A stretch of DNA of 18,541 nucleotides from Thermoproteota archaeon (GTDB lineage: Archaea > Asgardarchaeota > Jordiarchaeia > Jordiarchaeales > Freyrarchaeaceae), in assembly GCA_029258835.1 (NCBI GenBank), contig JAPDJY010000003.1:1-18541 (forward strand), written 5' to 3'. Position numbers and translations under genes: made by a program. The notes under the pieces were generated by a model that was not told the DNA's origin, made no database searches, and saw only the letters and a list, made by a program, of their open reading frames with translations. Positions 7,507 through 14,032 of the stretch are shown here, piece by piece (positions within the stretch are counted from its first letter, which is position 1; each line of letters opens with the position of its first letter).

Positions 7507-8190
7507 TCACCCCTGTTTCCAGCTTGAATCAGCTAGGGTTTCCTGAGGTTTCCCCACCTCCTCAGCCCCCCCTTGACCCCCTTGAAACTCTACCGTCTTC
7601 CCGGCGTCGTCTATCCTGCCTTGGATAACCCCTGAAGAGATCATCCTCTCCAGAACATCGACCACCAGCTTCTCGCTTATCCCAACCTTCTCAGCGACCT
7701 TCTCGATGCGGATGCGTGAGTATACCCTTGAGATGTCCCTCACCCTTCCCTCAACCACGTCGAGGTTAACGAGGAGTCTCCCGTCAAGAACCCCCCTGAA
7801 CCCCTCCCTAACCATCCCCTCAAACAGGGATACTACGTCCTCGTCTCCGACAACGGGACGCCCCATAAGGCTAGCTCTAGGGACTTCCTCTAGGGGTACC
7901 ACCCCCTTCTCCTCCAGCAGGGACAGCAACGTCCCCCTCAACTCTTGGATGGCCTTAGCTCTCGCCTCCCCTAGCAAGTCCAGCTCCTTCGACAGCCTTT
8001 CAAGCCTTTCCTCCTCCCTCTCAAATGCCTTTAACCCCCACCCCCCCACCCTAACTAGTTGAAGCTTCACCCCGTCGGCTAGCTCGTCAAGCTCCACCAT
8101 AAGCTTGTCGGCCGCCCTCAAGTCCCCTCTCCTCAACGCCTCCTCCAGCTTATCTAGGCGTCCTCTGAAGTCATCGATGGCTCTAAGAGC
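7507..8190 (-). CDS. Helical plus PCI/winged-helix domain region; C-terminal part of an amber-interrupted HEAT-PCI reading frame
   Basis: YSRIRIEKVAEKVGISEKLVVDVLERMISSGVIQGRIDDAGKTVEF (~7585-7722) fits the PCI winged-helix consensus. The frame stays open upstream of the track's TTG (8136) for 18 codons (ALRAIDDFRGRLDKLEEA) directly to the TAG at 8191-8193. Confidence 0.8.
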   Translation of the reverse strand, partial: ALRAIDDFRGRLDKLEEALRRGDLRAADKLMVELDELADGVKLQLVRVGGWGLKAFEREEERLERLSKELDLLGEARAKAIQELRGTLLSLLEEKGVVPLEEVPRASLMGRPVVGDEDVVSLFEGMVREGFRGVLDGRLLVNLDVVEGRVRDISRVYSRIRIEKVAEKVGISEKLVVDVLERMISSGVIQGRIDDAGKTVEFQGGQGGAEEVGKPQETLADSSWKQG

Positions 8191-8919
8191 CTAAACGCTT
8201 AGGTTAATCCACTCCTCCTCCATGCCTGAAAAGCCAAACTTCCTTGCGAAAGATTCGAGGACCCGTCTGCTTTCAGCCCTAACCTCCGGGCTGCCATTCT
8301 CTAGGAGGGGTATCACGTGGATTATTGCCTCTTGGGCTCCGATCTCCTCCAGCACCCTCAGGGAGGCGTTAACGACGTCGGCGCACTCGTCCCTGAGGGC
8401 CATGACCAAGTACGAGAGGACTTCCTCCTTCCCGAACGATCCAAGAGACCTGACAGCCATCAGCCTAACGTCGGGTTCACCGTCTCTGAGCGCCCTCACC
8501 AATCCTTGGAGAGCCGCTTCACCCTTCAAGCGCCTAAGCGCGTTTACAGCTTCCAACCGGACATCCACCGAGCTATCATCCAAGGCCTCCAGAATGTACG
8601 ATGCCAGCCTTGCATCCCCGACCTCACCTAGGATAGCAGCTGCCATCCAGCGCAAGGCAGGGTCGTCGTCCTTCATCACCCCGACGGCTTGGAGGGCGAC
8701 GGAGCGGCCACCGGCAATACCTATAAGCCTGGCTAAGAGGAGCCTCTGGCAAGGGTTAAGGTTCCTCGCCTCCCTCAGGCACCGTAGAAGCGTGTTAAGG
8801 TCTGCTCTTGCGAGGAGCCGCAAGGCCTCCTGGACATCGGATGGGCGACCAGCCCTCAGAAGCCTAACCAGCCTCCTTACCGTATCCCCCCGGCCTCCCT
8901 TAACCTCAACTCCAAGCAT
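8191..8919 (-). CDS. HEAT-repeat (PBS-lyase-like) protein; N-terminal part of the amber-interrupted HEAT-PCI frame
   Basis: About five 31-aa repeats of the type L.D.D..VR..A..ALG (e.g. LDDSSVDVRLEAVNAL, LRDGEPDVRLMAVRSLG). ATG 8919 behind GGAGGAGG. Ends at an in-frame TAG. Confidence 0.85.
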   Translation of the reverse strand: MLGVEVKGGRGDTVRRLVRLLRAGRPSDVQEALRLLARADLNTLLRCLREARNLNPCQRLLLARLIGIAGGRSVALQAVGVMKDDDPALRWMAAAILGEVGDARLASYILEALDDSSVDVRLEAVNALRRLKGEAALQGLVRALRDGEPDVRLMAVRSLGSFGKEEVLSYLVMALRDECADVVNASLRVLEEIGAQEAIIHVIPLLENGSPEVRAESRRVLESFARKFGFSGMEEEWINLSV

Positions 8920-9187
8920 CGCTCCTCCTCCCACAACCGCCCATGGAGATGAATAGAAAGATCAAAGGAGCTTTTTATGAACTTTTTGGTTTTAAACCGC
9001 TTGCTGACGGTTGAATCCCTCTCCACGGGGAACCTAAGCCACGGTCGATAAGGAATCCTGATAACATGCTGAAGCATGAATGCTTCCTGAGTGCTCTGCC
9101 TAGGCGGGAGCTGTCAGGCACCATCTAAGCCGCCGGTTTAAACGTTGCACTAGCACAAAAAGATAAACGGTAAAAGGGGAAGTTGCA

Positions 9188-12082
9188 ATGAAGGTAATAG
9201 GAACTTGGTGGGTTCCCGGTGGGAGCGTGATAAATCACAAAAACGTTGAGGACTTGGTAAGGAAGCTGGAGGCCGGCGACCTAAACGCTAGGGTGGAAGC
9301 CGCATGGGCTCTCGGAGAGCTGAAAAACCCAAAGGCCGTTAAGCCACTCATAGAAGCCTTAAAGGATGAAAACTGGCGTGTAAGGTGGAGGGCTGCATGG
9401 GCTCTGGGAGAAATAAAAGATCCCAGAGCGGTCCCCCCTCTGATAGAGGCTTTGAGGGATGAGGACTCCAGGGTTAGGGAGGGTGCCGCCAGAGCCCTAG
9501 GGGAGATAGGGGACAGGAGGGCCGTCGAACCCCTAATAGGGGCGTTGGAGGACAGGGATCCACGTGTGAGGAGGATGGTAGCCCACTCGCTGGGCGTGCT
9601 GATGGATAGAAGGGCGGTTAAACCCTTAATAAGATGCTTGAAGGACGAGGACTCAGGGGTGAGGAGGGAGGCTGCGTGGGCGCTCGGCAAACTGGGTAGT
9701 AGGCGGGCCGTCGAGCCCCTAATAGAACGTTTAGGGGACGAGGATGCCGAGGTTAGGGAGGAGGCTGCTGAGAGCCTTGGCAAGATAGGCGATAGGAGGG
9801 CTGTCGAACCGTTGGTGAACGCCTTGAAGGACGAGCACTGGCTTGTAAGGGTTGAAGCCGCCGAGAGCCTCGGTGAGATAGGGGATAGGAGGGCTGTTGA
9901 CGCCCTAGTGGAAGCGTTGAAGGACGAGGAGTGGGAGGTTAGGGAGAGAGTGGCGTGGGCGCTGGGGGAGCTGGGCGGGAGGAGGGCTGTCGAAGCGCTC
10001 GTGGGTGCGCTGGGAGACGAGGAGTGGGAGGTGAGGAGGAACGCTGCAGACGCCCTAAGAAAGATAGGTAAGCCCGCCGTGAAGCACCTCGTCCAAGCCC
10101 TAGAGGACGAGAACCCGTCGGTTAGGGAGGGTGCCGCCATAGCGCTGGGGAAGATAGGTGATGAAAGAGCTGTTGAACCGCTCATGCACGCCCTTAGAGA
10201 CGAGGACTCAGGGGTGAGGGAGAGGGCTTCAGGGGCGTTGAGGGAGATGGGGAAGGGTGTGAAGCGCATAGGCGAGTACGGGGTTATAGGGGACCTGAGA
10301 ACGTGCGTCCTCGTGGGCGTGGACGGGTCCATAGACTGGTGCTGTCTCCCCTACGTTGAATCCCCAAGCGTCTTCGCCGCCATCCTGGACCCCGTGAAGG
10401 GGGGATGCTTCGCCATCCACCCGTCAGGCTCGTTCGAGTCAGAGCAACGGTACGTTGAGGACACTAACGTTCTGCAGACGGTTTTCAGAACGCGTACGGG
10501 TGTGGTTGTCCTAACGGATTTCATGCCGGTTGCTGAAATGGAGGGCGCCCCACAGGGAATATTTAGGAGGGTGACGTGCGAGGAGGGGGTGGTTGAACTC
10601 GAAGTTAAGTTTAAGCCGCGCTTCAACTACGCACGTGCGAGGACGAGCATTGAACGGGTTGAAGGCGGAGTCTTGGCTAGGGGGGGAGGAGAGTGGGTTT
10701 TTCTCACCTCCCAAGTTCCGGTGGATGTTGCTGATGGCGAAGCTAGAGGAAGGTTCACGGTTAAGCAGGGGGAGGAGTTGTGGTTCGCCCTACATTACAG
10801 GGGGGATAAGCCTGTTGACCTGGAGTCCTGCGCCGCCATGCTGGAAAACACCATTCGGTACTGGCGTGAGTGGGTTAGGGGTGGCCGCCTTCCTGAATGG
10901 GTTGTCGACGAGGACTGGAGGAGCCTGGTCCGCCGTTCGGCGCTCGTCCTGAAGCTTCTCACCCATCCCAGCGGTGCGATCTACGCAGCCCCAACAACAT
11001 CTCTCCCGGAGAGGGTCGGTGCATCCCTTAACTGGGATTACAGGTTTGCCTGGATCAGGGATGCCTCCTTCACCGTGCAGGCATTCTACAACCTTGGCTA
11101 CGTTGAGGAGGCTAAGAGGCACCTTAAATGGCTTATACGCATCTGCGAGGAATGCGAGGACCCGTCAGAGATCCAGCCCCTCTACGGCTTGTACGGGGAA
11201 CTCGACCTTAAGGAGACGGTGCTAAGCCACCTTTCAGGCTACAGGGGCTCCAAGCCCGTGAGGATAGGGAACGAGGCGGCGAGGCAGAGGCAGCTCGACA
11301 TCTACGGTGAACTCGTTAACGCAGTGTACGAGGTTACACGCTACGGCGAGGAGATCTCAAAGGATGCCTGGGAGTTCGTCAAGAGAACCGTCGACTACGT
11401 GTGTAAGGTGTGGAACACGCCTGACGCTGGAATATGGGAGTTCAGGGGGGAGCCACGACACTACGTTTACTCGAAGCTCATGTGCTGGGTTGCCCTTGAC
11501 AGAGGAATTAAGATAGCGAAGCGTTTGGGAGACCACTCTAGGCTGGAAAGGTGGATAGAGGCTAGGGACGAGGTTAAGAACGCAATACTTGAGAGGGGGT
11601 TCAACAGGAGGCTCGGCAGCTTCGTCCAGCACTTCGACTCTGACGTGCTGGACGCTTCATGCCTCCTAGTACCGGTCATGGGGCTCCTCCCCTTCAGCGA
11701 CTACAGGGTTCAGGGCACGATCAACGCTGTGATGAGGAGGCTTATGCCCAAGGAGGGCCTCGTGTACCGGTTTGAGGCCTCCGACGAGTTCTACCGGGAC
11801 GAGGGCGCTTTCATCCTCTGCTCCTTCTGGCTCGTGTACGCTTTAGCCCTCTCAGGGAGAATAGAGGAGGCTGAAAGGGTGTTCAGAAGCGTTCTAAGGT
11901 ATGCAAGCCCTCTGGGCCTGTTCTCTGAGGAGGTTGACCCGAGGACGGGTGAGCAGCTAGGCAACTTCCCGCAGGCGTACAGTCACATAGGACTCATAAA
12001 CAGCGTACTCTACATTAGCATGGCGAAGAGGGGGGAGCACATGAAACCTGAACCCTTAGGTTTCGAGGCTGAAAACGCCTGA
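9188..12082 (+). CDS. Fusion of an N-terminal HEAT-repeat solenoid with a GH15 glycoside hydrolase (trehalase/glucoamylase-like)
   Basis: aa ~29-355 are HEAT repeats. From aa ~358 comes the GH15 N-domain (IGEYGVIGDLRT..LVG.DGSIDWCCLP..SPSVFAAILD) and the catalytic barrel motifs PTTSLPE, NWDYRFAWIRDASF, QLDIYGE, GIWEFRG, YSKLMCW, LGLFSEE, LGNFPQAYSH. An alternative start is GTG 9227. Confidence 0.93.
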   Translation: MKVIGTWWVPGGSVINHKNVEDLVRKLEAGDLNARVEAAWALGELKNPKAVKPLIEALKDENWRVRWRAAWALGEIKDPRAVPPLIEALRDEDSRVREGAARALGEIGDRRAVEPLIGALEDRDPRVRRMVAHSLGVLMDRRAVKPLIRCLKDEDSGVRREAAWALGKLGSRRAVEPLIERLGDEDAEVREEAAESLGKIGDRRAVEPLVNALKDEHWLVRVEAAESLGEIGDRRAVDALVEALKDEEWEVRERVAWALGELGGRRAVEALVGALGDEEWEVRRNAADALRKIGKPAVKHLVQALEDENPSVREGAAIALGKIGDERAVEPLMHALRDEDSGVRERASGALREMGKGVKRIGEYGVIGDLRTCVLVGVDGSIDWCCLPYVESPSVFAAILDPVKGGCFAIHPSGSFESEQRYVEDTNVLQTVFRTRTGVVVLTDFMPVAEMEGAPQGIFRRVTCEEGVVELEVKFKPRFNYARARTSIERVEGGVLARGGGEWVFLTSQVPVDVADGEARGRFTVKQGEELWFALHYRGDKPVDLESCAAMLENTIRYWREWVRGGRLPEWVVDEDWRSLVRRSALVLKLLTHPSGAIYAAPTTSLPERVGASLNWDYRFAWIRDASFTVQAFYNLGYVEEAKRHLKWLIRICEECEDPSEIQPLYGLYGELDLKETVLSHLSGYRGSKPVRIGNEAARQRQLDIYGELVNAVYEVTRYGEEISKDAWEFVKRTVDYVCKVWNTPDAGIWEFRGEPRHYVYSKLMCWVALDRGIKIAKRLGDHSRLERWIEARDEVKNAILERGFNRRLGSFVQHFDSDVLDASCLLVPVMGLLPFSDYRVQGTINAVMRRLMPKEGLVYRFEASDEFYRDEGAFILCSFWLVYALALSGRIEEAERVFRSVLRYASPLGLFSEEVDPRTGEQLGNFPQAYSHIGLINSVLYISMAKRGEHMKPEPLGFEAENA
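9272..10252 (+). repeat. Coding tandem repeat: ~10 full plus 1 partial 31-aa (93-bp) HEAT units
   Basis: Consensus DEDxxVRxxAAxALGEIGDRRAVEPLIEALK; one unit is 30 aa. Confidence 0.92.
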
Positions 12083-12300
12083 TGAGCCCGTCCCCCGTGA
12101 GCCCTCCCTTAACCCCTTAATTTCTTGGTTAATCGCTGCCTCCTCCACCCATAAGACCTTTACACGGCCACGTTTACCGGTCGCCCACTCCCCCCTTTCC
12201 ACCATCCTCTACCGCCTCCTCCCAAGCCCGCTAAGATGTCTGCTAAAATTACAATTTTCCTACGTGGGGAGCGAAAACGGACAGCTTAAGCCGCCTTCCC

Positions 12301-12771
12301 TTACGTTGCACCGTCAGCGGCCGGGCTCCCACCGTCTAAAAACCATTTTGACAGGAATCTTTTAGCTATGGTAAAGGGTTCCTCGGCGTAGTTAAGGGCT
12401 TCCCTCGCTCTTTCAGGGGTTGCAAGCCTCCAGGGCGGTATCCTCCTCACCGGGTCGCCGTAGGACATTCTCCCGTGCTCGGGTGCAAGGTTGCGTGCGT
12501 AGTCGGCCAGCTTAAGGAGCCCATCCACCTCCCGTGTTTCACGTATTTCCTCGATGTTCTCCTCTACGAGTGCTATTAGCTCGCTGCTTGGGTCATGGCT
12601 CCAGCTTGGCATCCTGAAGCAAGATATAACTGCCTTGGCAGAGTTTTCCACCGAGAGCTGCGAGTTTGAGATGCATTCGTCGTTGTCGCCTCTTTGAAGG
12701 GCTTTCCTAGCCCTTTCAAGGTAGCCTTGAGCCAGCTCCAAACGGTAGTAGGCCTCATCCTTGAAGTTCAA
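12301..12771 (-). CDS. HEPN domain protein
   Basis: A.YRLELA.GYLERA...SQLSVENSAKAVI...SHDP...SYGD pattern of archaeal HEPN proteins. TTG 12771 overlaps the upstream TGA (TTGA) and follows GGTGAGG. Confidence 0.88.
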   Translation of the reverse strand: MNFKDEAYYRLELAQGYLERARKALQRGDNDECISNSQLSVENSAKAVISCFRMPSWSHDPSSELIALVEENIEEIRETREVDGLLKLADYARNLAPEHGRMSYGDPVRRIPPWRLATPERAREALNYAEEPFTIAKRFLSKWFLDGGSPAADGAT

Positions 12772-13238
12772 AGCCTCACCTCGACCACTTCCCCTCTCCT
12801 GAGCTTCCGGAGAGGCTTCCAACCCCTCTTACCGTCCTTGGTGGTGTAGGGTGTGAGGCCAGCCTTCTCCACGGCAGCCCTGACACGCTCGAAGAAGCGG
12901 CTCAGAAAACCTTCCGGGTCGTATAGTATGACGGCATCATAGGCGATGTTGACTAGGAGCGGCGTCACATCAACCAGCTCGTCCGCCTCAACGGTGACCA
13001 CGCTTACATCTCTCCCAACCACCCTCCTCAACGGAGAGACAGCCTCGTATATCAGCCTCAGCCTCTCCCCCGGAGGCGCATCCAAACCCCTAGTCACAAC
13101 GAAAACGTCCACGTCACTCCTATCGTCACAGTCCCCCCTAGCAACACTCCCAAAAAGAGCAACCCCTAAAAGTCTGCTCCCAATCCTCCGCTTAAGCAAC
13201 TCAACAGCCACGTTAAAACCGCCAACCAAACAAAACAC
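12768..13238 (-). CDS. Minimal nucleotidyltransferase (MNT; MNT-HEPN antitoxin-like)
   Basis: LFGSVARGDCDDRSDVDVFVV is the GS-x10-DxD motif; TPLLVNIAYDAVILYDPEG follows. Translationally coupled to HEPN. The start codon is uncertain. Confidence 0.88.
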   Translation of the reverse strand: MFCLVGGFNVAVELLKRRIGSRLLGVALFGSVARGDCDDRSDVDVFVVTRGLDAPPGERLRLIYEAVSPLRRVVGRDVSVVTVEADELVDVTPLLVNIAYDAVILYDPEGFLSRFFERVRAAVEKAGLTPYTTKDGKRGWKPLRKLRRGEVVEVRL

Positions 13239-13451
13239 CCATCAACAACTAGGCAAAAAAGAAAACATAAAACTTCCCCCCAAACAAAAGGCAAGAAAGC
13301 AACAAAACACAAACCAACAAGCAGTCCACACCCTCACCCCCACCCTACTCTCCACCATCCAAGCCACCCGCAACCCTTCAAAACGGCAAACCCAACCAAA
13401 ACAGGAACAGCTAAGAAACAAAAGAGAGGAAGGAAAGTTCCACCTTCCAGC

Positions 13452-13791
13452 CTAGCTCACCCACTTCCTGCCAGCAACGACTCCCACCAGAACACCGGCA
13501 ACAACGCCTCCAGCCGACCCCATACTAAGAAGAATCAGCCCTTCCTCCTGAGACTGAAGCTGAACAAGCAACATCAGAACCAACGGCAGCAGGAGGCTGG
13601 CTGAGCGGGAGCCGAAGCGGAACTCGTAGGATCAGTTCCGCTATTGAACTCCTCCAAGTTAGAGAAGCCGTCGCCATCCGAGTTCTGCCCTGAGCCGTCG
13701 CTCGTCGAGTCCAGGCTGTGCTGAACCTCCCAGCCGTCAAGATGCTGAAGAAAAGTAAAACAAACAAAATGGATTTAACATTAAACACCAC
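13452..13791 (-). pseudogene. Collapsed, frameshifted remnant of a secreted Ca-binding-repeat, membrane-anchored protein (same architecture as the neighbouring protease)
   Basis: Three frames piece together a signal-like MVFNVKSILFVLLFFSIL, then DGWEVQHSLDSTSDGSGQNSDGDGFSNLEEFNSGTDPTS, then SLLLPLVLMLLVQLQSQEEGLILLSMGSAGGVVAGVLVGVVAGRKWVS* (TAG 13452-13454). Confidence 0.75.
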
Positions 13792-14032
13792 CAGAAAGCA
13801 CCAAACTGAAATTTAAGCAATTATGAACTATCAAAAAGAAAACACCAACACAAACTTATCGTAATTTATTCAAGTTATTAGACAATCTTGAAGCCTCGCA
13901 AACAAAACATCTAAAACCTAAAAACCAAACTGACGCACATTCATTAAAAATGAAATGCCCAAACTCATCAATGTTTAATTCATTAGAGCTCAGAAAACTA
14001 TAAAGAAAAACAAAGGAATTAAATGTGCCTCT

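Noticed and set aside
9272-10252. Regularly spaced DNA repeats that might suggest a CRISPR array
   Set aside because: The 93-bp period, synonymous variation and open frame show these are protein repeats. The same applies to the 144-bp repeats at 14235-14655.
9235-10332. 365-aa minus-strand ORF (and the similar 8222..8956 + ORF)
   Set aside because: Ser/Ala/Leu-rich antisense shadows of HEAT-repeat coding sequence; their periodicity is inherited from the real genes.
12056-12205. 49-aa minus-strand mini-ORF MVERGEWATGKRGRVKVLWVEE... with purine-rich upstream sequence
   Set aside because: No motif, and it overlaps the GH15 3' end; it cannot be supported without homology or expression data.
12946-13455. 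169-aa plus-strand ORF, also 15897..16400 - and 16515..17246 -
   Set aside because: Antisense or alternate-frame products of the T-poor skewed strand, which lacks stop codons; the translations are low complexity.
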